Origin: Candidatus Krumholzibacteriia bacterium
GTDB taxonomy: Bacteria > Krumholzibacteriota > Krumholzibacteriia > WVZY01
Length of the DNA: 41,602 nucleotides
Assembly (NCBI GenBank): GCA_046754105.1
Contig: JBHHVD010000016.1
Location: 1 to 41,602, forward strand
Direction: 5' to 3'
Of the stretch, positions 21,454 through 30,905 are shown in pieces. How positions within the stretch are numbered: position 1 is the first letter of the stretch; every line of letters begins with the position of its first letter. Below the pieces are notes generated by a model that was not told where the DNA came from, ran no database searches, and worked only from the letters and a program-made list of their open reading frames with translations. A program made the translations under genes and the position numbers.

Positions 21454-22476
21454 CTAGAAATACTCTTCGCCGATGGCCCGCAGTTCCCGAGCCGCCGCCC
21501 CGACGAGCGACATGTTGAGATCGTAACGCATGCGGGTCGGGCCGATTATGCCGAGTACCCCGCTGGAGCCGCCCAGGCGGTACCCCGATGTGACCAGGCT
21601 GAACGGGCGCAGGGCCCGGTCGCTGTGTTCGTGTCCAATCGTAATCCGCGTCTGTTCGCTCGAACGATCGGAAAGGATCCGGGCGATGTATTCCCGGTTG
21701 TGCAGGAGGCGAAGGAGCAGCCGCAACAGACGCAAGTCGGCCGGTTCAGCGCGCCCCGGCAGCTGATTCCTCTCTTCGAAGTACAACTCGACCGCGGGGG
21801 GGCCCGAGAATATCTCTTCGCGGTGTACGGCGACCTCGCGGGCGACGATACCCTCGTCCGTCACGTTGTCGCGAACCGCGTTGTCCAGCGCCTCTTTGGC
21901 CTCGACGAGCGATTTATTCGCGACCAGCCGGTTGATCCACACCTGCGAGCGTTCGATAACGTCGTGGGTGAATTGTCTGCCCATCCGCAGAACGACGGTC
22001 CGCTCGTACTCCGGGGAAAGATTGACTACGACCAGCAGACGCGTGCCCTCGAGGCTTACCAGCTGCACGCAGCTCACCCGACTCTCCTGGATCACCGCGC
22101 CGTAGACCACCGCGAGGTTCTTCGACAGTCCTCCCAGCACTCGGGACGCGCACGCCATAATCTTACTGGTGTCCAGTTCCTGGTCGCGCAACTTGTTGCG
22201 AAGGCGTGAAGAAAAAGTGTCCCGAACGCGTGCTCTCGTTTCCAGGTTGTCTACGTAGGCCCGGTATCCGTCATCGGTGGGTACACGGCCGGCGGACGTG
22301 TGCGGTTTGGCCAGAAATCCCCCGTTTTCCAGCCTTGCCATGCTACTACGAATCGTGGCGGTACTAACCACCAGGTCCGCGGTTTCCTTCACCCTTTGCG
22401 AGCTGACGGGCCTTCCGTCTTGTACGAAGGCTTCGACAACCGCTCGCAGGATGCGCAGGTCTCTATCGTCCAGCAT
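21454..22476 (-). CDS. hrcA: heat-inducible transcription repressor HrcA
   Basis: PVSS, STATIR, PHTSAGRVPTDDGYRAYVD, LGIIGPTRMRY. Confidence 0.96.
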   Translation of the reverse strand: MLDDRDLRILRAVVEAFVQDGRPVSSQRVKETADLVVSTATIRSSMARLENGGFLAKPHTSAGRVPTDDGYRAYVDNLETRARVRDTFSSRLRNKLRDQELDTSKIMACASRVLGGLSKNLAVVYGAVIQESRVSCVQLVSLEGTRLLVVVNLSPEYERTVVLRMGRQFTHDVIERSQVWINRLVANKSLVEAKEALDNAVRDNVTDEGIVAREVAVHREEIFSGPPAVELYFEERNQLPGRAEPADLRLLRLLLRLLHNREYIARILSDRSSEQTRITIGHEHSDRALRPFSLVTSGYRLGGSSGVLGIIGPTRMRYDLNMSLVGAAARELRAIGEEYF

Positions 22477-22508
22477 GAGTTTTCTCCAGGTGTGTCGACC
22501 TGTTAGGT

Positions 22509-22537
22509 AAGGTAGCGCCCCCTCGCGCCACTGTCAA
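22509..22537 (-). promoter_or_regulatory. sigma70-type promoter of hrcA
   Basis: TTGACA-N17-TACCTT. Confidence 0.65.
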
Positions 22538-22564
22538 GACGTCCGCCCGGCGCGATACCTCCGG

Positions 22565-23662
22565 TCACGCCGCCCGGGTCAAGCGGAAGAGAATGTCGTT
22601 CAATACCAGGTACCCGCGGTCGGTCAAAACCAGGCGTCCGCCGCGCCGCCGGGCGAGCCCCTGCGTCGCCAGCTCCGCCGGCACTTCGGGTGGGCACGAG
22701 ATGCGGTCGACCGCCAGGCCGCGCGACGTCCGCAAATCCAGCATGAGGGATTCCAGTTCCCGGTCGACTTCACGCCGGACATCGACACGCCTCGTCTCGA
22801 GTTGCCGGGCACCCCTCAGGTACGGCTCGATTGAGGGCTCGTTATGAAATCGCTGCCCGTTGACGCAGGAGTGCGCCCCGGGACCGATCCCCAGGTATTC
22901 GCCGCCGTCCCAGTACACCCGGTTATGGCGGCTCTCGTAGCCCGGGAGCGCGAAATTCGATACCTCGTAGTGCGTGAAGCCATGCTCTCCGAGCATCCGG
23001 CACGCAGCCAGGTACTGGTCCGCGGCGCTCTCAACATCGACCCGGCCAAGGAATTCCCGGACCCCAGAGTCCATATCCCCACCCGCCTCCAGACAGTAGA
23101 CCGAGACATGCCGGGGCCGCGCGGCACAGACCTCTGTAGTCGTCTCCTCCAGTTCGCGCAGTGAGCTGCCGGGGACTCCGAGCAGCAAATCGACGCTGAC
23201 ATTGTCGAAGCGGCGCCGGACGAGCTCCAGGGCGCCGCGGTTGACGTCCGGCGCGCATCGCTTGAGCGTTCGCAGCGCCCGCGCACTCATCGACTGTACT
23301 CCCAGGCTAACACGGTTGACGCCCAGCCGCCGGAGGTCCGCGGTCCGTTGAGCCGTCACGTCCTCGGGGTTCACCTCGACGGTAATCTCCGGCTCGTGCA
23401 CGGAGGAGAGATACGGAGCGAGCACGTTGATGATCCTGTCGAAGGATGCCGCGCGCAATGCCGACGGCGTCCCACCGCCAAAAAACACCGTGGGGGCGCG
23501 GAAGGCCTCACCGATTTCCTCAACCGCACGGCCGAATTCGCTCAACAAGGCGTCGACGAACGCATCTTCACGCTCTTCTATTTGGGGGACGTGGTAAAAG
23601 GTGCAATAAGGGCAGCGTCGCTTACAGAAGGGAACGTGGACGTAGATGGAGACGGCGCGCAT
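22565..23662 (-). CDS. hemW: radical SAM heme chaperone HemW (HemN-like)
   Basis: YVHVPFCKRRCPYC, FGGGTPS, RVSLGVQS, HYEVSNFA, HNxxYW, YLGIGPGAHS; lepA-hemW-hrcA synteny. Confidence 0.93.
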   Translation of the reverse strand: MRAVSIYVHVPFCKRRCPYCTFYHVPQIEEREDAFVDALLSEFGRAVEEIGEAFRAPTVFFGGGTPSALRAASFDRIINVLAPYLSSVHEPEITVEVNPEDVTAQRTADLRRLGVNRVSLGVQSMSARALRTLKRCAPDVNRGALELVRRRFDNVSVDLLLGVPGSSLRELEETTTEVCAARPRHVSVYCLEAGGDMDSGVREFLGRVDVESAADQYLAACRMLGEHGFTHYEVSNFALPGYESRHNRVYWDGGEYLGIGPGAHSCVNGQRFHNEPSIEPYLRGARQLETRRVDVRREVDRELESLMLDLRTSRGLAVDRISCPPEVPAELATQGLARRRGGRLVLTDRGYLVLNDILFRLTRAA

Positions 23663-23665
23663 CGG

Positions 23666-24271
23666 CTAGCGGATCACGTCCCCGATCCGGGAGAATCGGA
23701 CTGCCCTCGAGGCGCTGTCCCAGGAGAAGTATATGAACATTGCTTTGCCCAGGATGAGGTTCTTGTCCAGGGGACCCCACACGCGGCTGTCCGCGCTGTT
23801 GTCACGGTTGTCCCCCATCATGAAAATGTGCCCCTCCGGGACCGTGTATGGCCCGTACTTGGAGCCGTGGAAGTACCGGGCGTACATCTCCTCGCGAAAC
23901 TCCCCGTCCACATAGAGCTTCCGCCCCCTCAACTCGACGGTTTGCCCTGAAACAGCTACGCAGCGTTTGATGTAATCCGTATGCCGGTCGCCTGGATACT
24001 TGAATATAATGATATCACCCGGCCGGGGTTCGCGCACCGCGGGCAGACGCTTGTCGATCAAGGGCAGTTTCGCACCGTAGATGAACTTGTTCGCAAAAAG
24101 GAAATCCCCGACGAGCAGGGTTTCCTCCATGGACTCGGACGGTATCTTGAACGCCTGGATGAAGAACGTCCGCACGAAGAAGGCCAGGAAAACGGCCATT
24201 CCGATAATCTCGGCATACTCCCTCAAAATCGATTTGCGATGCTTCGAGCTCTTCCTGGTTGTACCGAACAT
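23666..24271 (-). CDS. lepB: signal peptidase I
   Basis: One TM segment, IPSESM (Ser), YIKRC (Lys), MGDNRDNSADSR. Confidence 0.96.
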   Translation of the reverse strand: MFGTTRKSSKHRKSILREYAEIIGMAVFLAFFVRTFFIQAFKIPSESMEETLLVGDFLFANKFIYGAKLPLIDKRLPAVREPRPGDIIIFKYPGDRHTDYIKRCVAVSGQTVELRGRKLYVDGEFREEMYARYFHGSKYGPYTVPEGHIFMMGDNRDNSADSRVWGPLDKNLILGKAMFIYFSWDSASRAVRFSRIGDVIR

Positions 24272-24293
24272 TCGATCCTCTTTCCGCGTTCTG

Positions 24294-26105
24294 TTAGCTC
24301 GACCGATCTACTTTCAACACCGCCAGGAACGCCTCCTGCGGAACCTCGACACGGCCTACCATTTTCATCCGCTTCTTGCCCTCTTTCTGCCTCTCCAAAA
24401 GCTTGCGCTTGCGGGTGATGTCTCCCCCGTAGCACTTCGCCGTCACGTTCTTGCGTAACGCCTTGACGTTCGTGCGGGCGATCACGCGCGTGCCGACCAC
24501 CGCCTGGATTGCCACTTCGTAGAGCTGCCTCGGGATCACTTCCTTGAGCCGTGACGACAGCTCCCTGCCGAGGTGAAACGCCTTGTCGCGGTGCACGATT
24601 GCCGACAGCGCATCGACAGGATCGCCGTTGAGAGCGATGTCGAGCCGAACCAGGTCGCCCGCCTTGTGGCCCGTGAACTCGTAGTCGAGACTCCCGTAAC
24701 CCTTACTGATACTCTTCAATCGATCGTAGTAGTCAACCAGAATCTCAGCCAGCGGAAGCTCGTAGGCCAGTCGCGCCCGGTCCTGGCTCAAATACTCCAG
24801 CTCTATATAAGTACCGCGCCTTTCCTGATTTAGTTTCATTATACCACCCACGAATTCGCCGGGGGCGATGATATCGGCGCGCACGTACGGCTCCTCGACC
24901 CTCTCGATCTCACCGGCGGATGGAAACGCCGCAGGATTTTCCACTTCGAGCACTTCCGCGTCCTTGCGGATCACCCGGTATTTCACGTTGGGCATGGTCG
25001 TAATAAGGCCAAGTGAGTACTCGCGTTCCAGCCGTTCCTGTATCACCTCCATATGGAGCAGCCCCAGGAACCCGCAGCGAAATCCGAAGCCCAGGGCCAC
25101 CGAGCTTTCCGGCTCGAAGCTGAACGCGGAATCGTTCAGCTGGAGCTTCTCCAGCGCCTCGCGCAGGTCGTCGTAGTCATCCGCATCCATGGGGTAGAGA
25201 CCACTGAATACCATCGACTTGATTTCCTTGAACCCGGGCAGTGGCTGCGGACACGGGTCGGCGTCGAGGGTGATCGTGTCCCCGACTCTGGTATCGCGCA
25301 GCGATTTGATGCCCGTGTGAATGTAGCCCACCTCACCGGCCCCCAGCTGCTCGCTCCGCACCATCTCCAGGCGGAAATACCCCAGCTCCATCGTCTCGAA
25401 GACCTTGTTGTTGGCCATCAGGCGGATGACGTCACTATGGCGGAGCGTGCCGTCGAACACCCGCACGTAGACCACGGCGCCCTTGTACTGGTTGAAAAAG
25501 GAGTCGAAGACGAGAACCTGCAGCCGTGCGTCGCGGTCACCGCCCGGCGCGGGAATGCGTTCGACGATCGCCTGCATCAGTCCGTCAACGCCCGTGCCGT
25601 CGCGCGCGCTGACGGAAAGGATGTCCCCGGCGTTGCCCCCGATGACGTTCGTGATCTGTTCCGCCACGTAATCGACGCGGGCATTCGGAAGGTCAATCTT
25701 GTTGATGACGGGGATCACTTCCAGGCCGTGCTCGACGGCGAGATACAGGTTGGAGAGCGTCTGTGCCTGGACCCCCTGAACAGCGTCCACTACCAGTATC
25801 GCCCCTTCGCAGGCAGCCAGACTTCTCGATACTTCATATGTAAAATCGACGTGACCCGGCGTATCGATCAGGTTGAAAACATAGCCGAGACCGTCCCTTG
25901 CCTTATAGTCCATCCGTATGGGGTGGCTCTTTATCGTTATGCCCCGCTCCCTTTCGAGATCCATCGTATCGAGGACCTGCGCCCGCATCTCTTTCGCGCT
26001 GAGAGTGCCGGTCATTTCCAGTAAGCGATCCGCGAGCGTGGACTTGCCGTGGTCGATATGGGCGATGATGCAGAAGTTGCGTATTTGCGATTGTGGAGGG
26101 CTCAT
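24294..26105 (-). CDS. lepA: elongation factor 4 (LepA)
   Basis: [48 protein letters not shown]. Confidence 0.98.
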   Translation of the reverse strand: MSPPQSQIRNFCIIAHIDHGKSTLADRLLEMTGTLSAKEMRAQVLDTMDLERERGITIKSHPIRMDYKARDGLGYVFNLIDTPGHVDFTYEVSRSLAACEGAILVVDAVQGVQAQTLSNLYLAVEHGLEVIPVINKIDLPNARVDYVAEQITNVIGGNAGDILSVSARDGTGVDGLMQAIVERIPAPGGDRDARLQVLVFDSFFNQYKGAVVYVRVFDGTLRHSDVIRLMANNKVFETMELGYFRLEMVRSEQLGAGEVGYIHTGIKSLRDTRVGDTITLDADPCPQPLPGFKEIKSMVFSGLYPMDADDYDDLREALEKLQLNDSAFSFEPESSVALGFGFRCGFLGLLHMEVIQERLEREYSLGLITTMPNVKYRVIRKDAEVLEVENPAAFPSAGEIERVEEPYVRADIIAPGEFVGGIMKLNQERRGTYIELEYLSQDRARLAYELPLAEILVDYYDRLKSISKGYGSLDYEFTGHKAGDLVRLDIALNGDPVDALSAIVHRDKAFHLGRELSSRLKEVIPRQLYEVAIQAVVGTRVIARTNVKALRKNVTAKCYGGDITRKRKLLERQKEGKKRMKMVGRVEVPQEAFLAVLKVDRSS

Positions 26106-26122
26106 AGTCGGCAGTCGAATCC

Positions 26123-26725
26123 CTAGAACTTCACGTCAAAACCCACGTACTTGTTGTTCGAGCCATGAATGATCGCCGGGTCCACGGAGCGCACGTCGAA
26201 CAGGTGGGCATCCACAAATGCGTCCAGCATGCCAATCAACCATGCGGCTCCCGAGAACCATACGAAATCGAGCGAAGTCTCCCGGTGAAACTGCACGAAA
26301 AGATCCTCCTCTTTCCACGCCAGACTCCCGACCGCGAACGTGTCGCGCACCCTGCGCCGGGCCACCTTGAGCCTGTTCTCCGTGATCGCCCTGGTAGCAT
26401 AGAAACTGATCAGCCCGACCATGATCGCCGTCTTGAGGCGCCTGCCATTGTAGGTCTGCCCCAACCCCGGCACAAACATGCTCGAGAAGATTGCGACCCT
26501 CGCCGATTTCCGGCGCTGCCATTCACGCTCGCCGGACAACCGGGAAGCGGCGAGCGCCTCCATGCCTTCTTTGAGGCGCGCCCGTTCCGCCTGCGTATCC
26601 TTCCCCGCGTCGACCGTGTCCACGCGCGATGGCGCCCAACCGCTGCGTGCTGCCGACGCCGATCCGGCCCGCGCGCAGATCCCCCCGAGGACCAGCAAAG
26701 TAAGTGTAAGCGGAAATAGTCTCAT
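26123..26725 (-). CDS. exported/membrane protein, DUF5683-like
   Basis: Signal peptide, KS...A...S.FVPGLGQ.YN motif and DAFVDAHL. Confidence 0.7.
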   Translation of the reverse strand: MRLFPLTLTLLVLGGICARAGSASAARSGWAPSRVDTVDAGKDTQAERARLKEGMEALAASRLSGEREWQRRKSARVAIFSSMFVPGLGQTYNGRRLKTAIMVGLISFYATRAITENRLKVARRRVRDTFAVGSLAWKEEDLFVQFHRETSLDFVWFSGAAWLIGMLDAFVDAHLFDVRSVDPAIIHGSNNKYVGFDVKF

Positions 26726-26758
26726 GATCGGACACCGCTGGCATCACCCAACGAAGTG

Positions 26759-26856
26759 TGGCGGGAATGTGTGGGAATCGAACCCACCCAGGCCGCTTTA
26801 AACGACCAACGAAGGGATTTGAAGTCCCCGAGGCCCACCAGGACCCATCCATTCCC
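26759..26856 (-). tRNA. selC: tRNA-Sec (anticodon TCA)
   Basis: 98 nt GGGAATGG..GGGTCC-TGGT-GGGCCT..GGGGA-CTTCAAA-TCCCT..long variable arm..GTGGG-TTCGATT-CCCAC-ACATTCCC-GCCA. Shows a 6-bp D stem with 4-nt loop, UCA anticodon and G73. Confidence 0.95.
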
Positions 26857-26885
26857 GGGCGATGCAAAAATAACTGAATTGGGAA

Positions 26886-26894
26886 ATTATAACA
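26886..26894 (-). promoter_or_regulatory. extended -10 promoter upstream of selC
   Basis: TG-T-TATAAT 30 nt upstream of the tRNA 5' end. Confidence 0.6.
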
Positions 26895-26924
26895 AGGTCC
26901 GCTGCCCGCTAGAAGCGTAAAGCC

Positions 26925-27308
26925 CTACACACGACGCCGGGCGAGAACCTCGATTTCCACCAGTGCGCCGAGCGGCAGTGCCGCCACTTCCACCGCGGCG
27001 CGTGCCGGAGGCGTTTCGGCGAAGAACTCCGCGTAAACGGTGTTCATTGCCTTGAAGTCTTCCATCGATTGAAGGAAGACCGTGGCCTTGACCACGTCGT
27101 CCAGCGCCAACCCCGCGGCGTGCAGGATCGCCTTGACGTTCTCCAGGGATTGACGCGTCTGGCCGGCGATGTCCGATGCCTCGATTTGCCCCGAACCCGG
27201 CACGACGGGTACCTGGCCGGACACGAACACCAGATCCCCCGTGTCGACCGCCTGGCTGTAGGGCCCGATAGCGGCGGGTGCGTGCTCTGTACGTATCGCT
27301 TTCTTCAT
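26925..27308 (-). CDS. ridA: RidA/YjgF reactive intermediate deaminase
   Basis: APAAIGPYSQAV, VSGQ, MN.VY..FF...PPARAAVEVAALP, VEIE. Confidence 0.95.
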   Translation of the reverse strand: MKKAIRTEHAPAAIGPYSQAVDTGDLVFVSGQVPVVPGSGQIEASDIAGQTRQSLENVKAILHAAGLALDDVVKATVFLQSMEDFKAMNTVYAEFFAETPPARAAVEVAALPLGALVEIEVLARRRV

Positions 27309-27309
27309 G

Positions 27310-29136
27310 CTATTCGACGGTCACACTCTTGGCGAGATTCCTCGGCTGGTCGACGTCGCACCCGCGCAGTACGGCGATGTGATACGCGAGAAGCTGCAGG
27401 GGTATCACCGTCAGGATGGGATAGAGCATATCCAGGGTTTCGGGAATGGTGATGACGTGCTCCGCGACTTTGGACGCGTCGCTGTCTTCCTCGTTGGCGA
27501 TAACGATCAACCGTCCTTTGCGCGCCTTGACCTCCGCGATATTGCCAAGGATCTTGTTGTGGGCGTTGTCGCGCGGACAAATCACCACCACCGGCATGTT
27601 CTTATCGATGAGCGCGATCGGCCCGTGCTTCATCTCAGCGGCGGGGTAACCCTCGGCGTGCACGTAGGAGATTTCCTTGAGTTTCAACGCACCTTCCAGG
27701 GCAATCGGGAAATTGGCGCCGCGCCCTAGATAGAGAAAATTCGTATCGTTGCAGTACGCCTTGGCGATCTCGTAGATCTGATCGTTCTTGTCCAGTATCT
27801 GCTGGACCTGCTCCGGGATTCGGTGGAGCGCGTCGATGATTTCCTGGCCGCGGGTCCGCGACATGACTCGCGCGCGGCCCAGGAGAAGCGCGAACAGGGT
27901 AAGCACACTTATCTGGGACGTGAACGCCTTGGTCGAAGCGACTCCGACCTCGGGCCCGGCGTGCGTGTAGACACCGCCGTCCGACTCGCGCGCGATCGTG
28001 CTGCCCACGACGTTGCATATACCGAGAACCGTGGATCCCTTACGTCTGGCCTCGCGCATCGCTTCGAGCGTGTCGATGGTCTCACCCGACTGGCTTATCG
28101 CCAGCGTGATGGTTCCACGGTCGATGATGGGGTTGCGGTATCGGAACTCCGAGGCGTATTCGACCTCGACCGGCACCCGCGCCCGTTCCTCGATCATGTA
28201 TTCGCCGATGAGTGCTGCATGCCAGCTGGTCCCGCACGCGAGCAGCACCAGCCTTTTGATCTCGCGAAGCTCGGGTTCGACGGCGAGCAGCCCGCCCAGG
28301 TGCGCCTCGCCGTTGTCGTAGACCAGCCGTCCTCGTATCGCGTTCCGTACCGTCTCCGGCTGCTCGAAGATCTCCTTGAGCATGAAATGGGCGAAACCGC
28401 CCTTCTCGATCATCTCGAGGTCCCAATCGACCTCCTGGATGGCCTTGTCCACGGTGACGTTCTCGATGGTCATCGTCTTGAAACCCGTCGGTTCCACGAT
28501 CGCCATCTCCTTGTCGTCGAGATAGATGACCTGCCGCGTATGTTTGAGAATGGCGGAAACGTCCGACGCGAGGAAATACTCCTGGTCGGCGATGCCTACG
28601 ACGAGCGGACTGCCGTTGCGGACTCCGACCAGCTTGCCGGGTTCTTTCCTGGAGAGCACCACCAGCCCGTAGGTCCCCTCCACCTGGGCGACCGCTTTCT
28701 GGACGGCGTCTTCCAGGACGCCTTCATGGAAATCCTCTACGAGGTGCGCCAGGACCTCGGTGTCGGTGTCCGTCGTGAACTTGTGACCCTTTTGCTCCAG
28801 CCGGGTTTTTATGAGTTGGTAGTTCTCGATGATGCCGTTGTGGACCACCGCGATGTCGCCGGAACAGTCCGTGTGCGGATGGGCATTTATCGTGTTCGGC
28901 TCGCCATGGGTCGCCCACCTCGTGTGGGCGATTCCCGTCGTCCCGGCCGATTCCTTGCCCGCAATGTGTTTTTCGAGGTCTGCGATCTTGCCCTTGGTCT
29001 TCTCGACTATGACCCCTCCATTGTCTATGATGGCCACGCCCGCCGAATCATAACCCCGGTACTCGAGCCGCTTGAGCCCCTCGATGAGGATCGGTAGCGC
29101 CTCGCTTGCTCCGATATACCCGACTATCCCGCACAT
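27310..29136 (-). CDS. glmS: glutamine--fructose-6-phosphate transaminase
   Basis: MCGIVG, RGYDSAG, HTRWATHG, SQSGET, C-terminal PRNLAKSVTVE. Confidence 0.98.
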   Translation of the reverse strand: MCGIVGYIGASEALPILIEGLKRLEYRGYDSAGVAIIDNGGVIVEKTKGKIADLEKHIAGKESAGTTGIAHTRWATHGEPNTINAHPHTDCSGDIAVVHNGIIENYQLIKTRLEQKGHKFTTDTDTEVLAHLVEDFHEGVLEDAVQKAVAQVEGTYGLVVLSRKEPGKLVGVRNGSPLVVGIADQEYFLASDVSAILKHTRQVIYLDDKEMAIVEPTGFKTMTIENVTVDKAIQEVDWDLEMIEKGGFAHFMLKEIFEQPETVRNAIRGRLVYDNGEAHLGGLLAVEPELREIKRLVLLACGTSWHAALIGEYMIEERARVPVEVEYASEFRYRNPIIDRGTITLAISQSGETIDTLEAMREARRKGSTVLGICNVVGSTIARESDGGVYTHAGPEVGVASTKAFTSQISVLTLFALLLGRARVMSRTRGQEIIDALHRIPEQVQQILDKNDQIYEIAKAYCNDTNFLYLGRGANFPIALEGALKLKEISYVHAEGYPAAEMKHGPIALIDKNMPVVVICPRDNAHNKILGNIAEVKARKGRLIVIANEEDSDASKVAEHVITIPETLDMLYPILTVIPLQLLAYHIAVLRGCDVDQPRNLAKSVTVE

Positions 29137-29148
29137 GATGTGTGACTC

Positions 29149-30537
29149 CTATAGAGACGATTCCGCGCCCCACGCACCGTCGAGGGCTTTGCGCGCCAGT
29201 CCCTGCAGCGCCTCCGTTCGCTCCGACGACATCGATTCCGCAATGATCCGCACAAGACCCTCCGTGTTGGAGAGCCGGATATGGCACCAGCCATCGTTGA
29301 AAATCGCCTTGATCCCGTCTTCCGTACTGATTGTAGCAGGTTCCTGGCCCTCGATTAAGCCGGAAATCCGGGGGATGGAGAAGTCCCCGGCCAGGTCGAT
29401 CTTCTCCTTGGTCATGAAGAACGTCGGATACTGGTTGATCTGGTCGCGCAGCGATTTGCCCCGGTCGGCCAGCAGTTGCAGGATCAGGGCGATTCCCAAC
29501 ATCGCGTCACGGCCGGGATGGAGTTCCGGATAAATCACACCTCCGTTCCCCTCGCCGCCGATCGTGGCGAGGTCCTTGAGCATCCGATCGACGACCATCG
29601 CTTCGCCCACCGGCGTACGCACCACCGTCGCCTGGTGCCGGCTCGCGACCCAGTCGACGAGCGCCGACGTGCTGAGATTGACCACGACCGGGCCCTTCTT
29701 TTCTGTCTCCAGCACCTGGTCTACGGCCAACGCCAGGGTGTATTCCTCGCTCAGCGCCGTTCCCGTCTGATCGACGAGGGCCAGCCGGTCCCCGTCGGGG
29801 TCCAACGCGAACCCCACGTCCGCTCCTTCCTCGCGAACCTTTTCGGCGAGTTCGCGGACGTTTTCCGCGCGAGGCTCCGGGTCGCGGTGGAAATCCCCGT
29901 CGGTCTTGCAATGCAACCGGACGACCTTCGCACCAAGCGCTTCGAGCAGGTCCGGCGCGATCGCGCTCCCCGCCCCATTGATACAGTCGATAACCACCTT
30001 GAAACGGCGCCTCATGATGCGTTCGACGTCGATCGCGTGCAGGCCCAGGATCGCGTCTATATGGTCGCCGGCCGCCCGCTCGTACGGGGTGATCTTGCCG
30101 GTGGCGAGCGCGCCGACGAATTCGTACCGGCCCTCGGCGTATGCCGCGTACACCCTCTCTCCGGTCGCCTTGTCGATGAATACGCCGCGACGGTCGAGGA
30201 ACTTGAGCGCGTTCCACTCCGGCCCGTTGTGGCTCGCCGTCACGATGATGCCTCCGGCGCCGCCGAGCTTTTCCACCATCATTTCCACGGTGGGCGTCGT
30301 AGCGACCCCGAGAGTGACGCACTCGCGGCCGGTCGCGGTGACCGCGGCGGCCACGGCGCTCATCAGGGATTCTCCCGAGGGACGCGTGTCGCGGCCCACG
30401 ACGATGGCACCCGGCGGTTGCGTCGCACAGAACGACAGGGCGAGACGCGTGACGACGTCTACGTTCAGCGTCTTGCCCACAATGCCACGGGCACCGGCAA
30501 CACTAAATAACAGTTTATCTTGCGGCGCTTGCTTCAT
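29149..30537 (-). CDS. glmM: phosphoglucosamine mutase (phosphohexomutase family)
   Basis: GRDTRPSG, TASHN, DPDGDR, GGEGNGG, R.SNTE..VR; adjacent to glmS. Start trimmed to MKQAPQ. Confidence 0.9.
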   Translation of the reverse strand: MKQAPQDKLLFSVAGARGIVGKTLNVDVVTRLALSFCATQPPGAIVVGRDTRPSGESLMSAVAAAVTATGRECVTLGVATTPTVEMMVEKLGGAGGIIVTASHNGPEWNALKFLDRRGVFIDKATGERVYAAYAEGRYEFVGALATGKITPYERAAGDHIDAILGLHAIDVERIMRRRFKVVIDCINGAGSAIAPDLLEALGAKVVRLHCKTDGDFHRDPEPRAENVRELAEKVREEGADVGFALDPDGDRLALVDQTGTALSEEYTLALAVDQVLETEKKGPVVVNLSTSALVDWVASRHQATVVRTPVGEAMVVDRMLKDLATIGGEGNGGVIYPELHPGRDAMLGIALILQLLADRGKSLRDQINQYPTFFMTKEKIDLAGDFSIPRISGLIEGQEPATISTEDGIKAIFNDGWCHIRLSNTEGLVRIIAESMSSERTEALQGLARKALDGAWGAESSL

Positions 30538-30556
30538 GTTGTTTACCCGACTTCGA

Positions 30557-30585
30557 AAGATAGAGGAGAACCGCCGGGGTGTCAA
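30557..30585 (-). promoter_or_regulatory. sigma70-type promoter of glmM-glmS
   Basis: TTGACA-N17-TATCTT, 20 nt above the ATG. Confidence 0.7.
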
Positions 30586-30769
30586 CCAACGACTGTCCCG
30601 CCCCGGGGCCGGGAGACCCGGCGCCACCCCGGGACCCGGTGTCCGGCGCCGGTCCGTGCATTTTCGACACCGATCGCGGGCGTCGCGACCCGTCGCCGCG
30701 CGGAAGGCGCACGCCCTACCGGGTATCGTAACACCCTGCACTCCCTTACGCTCTATCCATCCGCCGCTT

Positions 30770-30785
30770 GGGCATGGAAGTTGCG
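30770..30785 (+). promoter_or_regulatory. candidate sigma54 (-24/-12) promoter
   Basis: GGGCATG-GAAG-TTGCG, a close match to TGGCACG-N4-TTGC, about 120 nt before ATG 30906. Confidence 0.65.
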
Positions 30786-30905
30786 CCCATGGCCGACTCT
30801 ATAACTGAATTTGTACTCGCTCACGGGCGGGAACCTCCGGGCCCCTTACGACCCGGGCAAGCGGTGCCGGAAGCACCCGATCCGCCACAACAGGAGAGCC
30901 AAGTT

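Noticed and set aside
22512..22537. Possible CIRCE overlapping the hrcA promoter (TTGACAGTG-N8-GGGCGCTAC)
   Set aside because: Only 5/9 and 6/9 matches with an 8-nt spacer; better explained as the -35/-10 promoter itself.
26726..26758. Integrated element at the selC or tRNA-Ile2 3' ends
   Set aside because: No integrase, no duplicated tRNA 3' end seen, and ordinary chromosomal genes continue directly.
29137..29148. glmS ribozyme
   Set aside because: Only 12 nt separate glmM and glmS, leaving no room.
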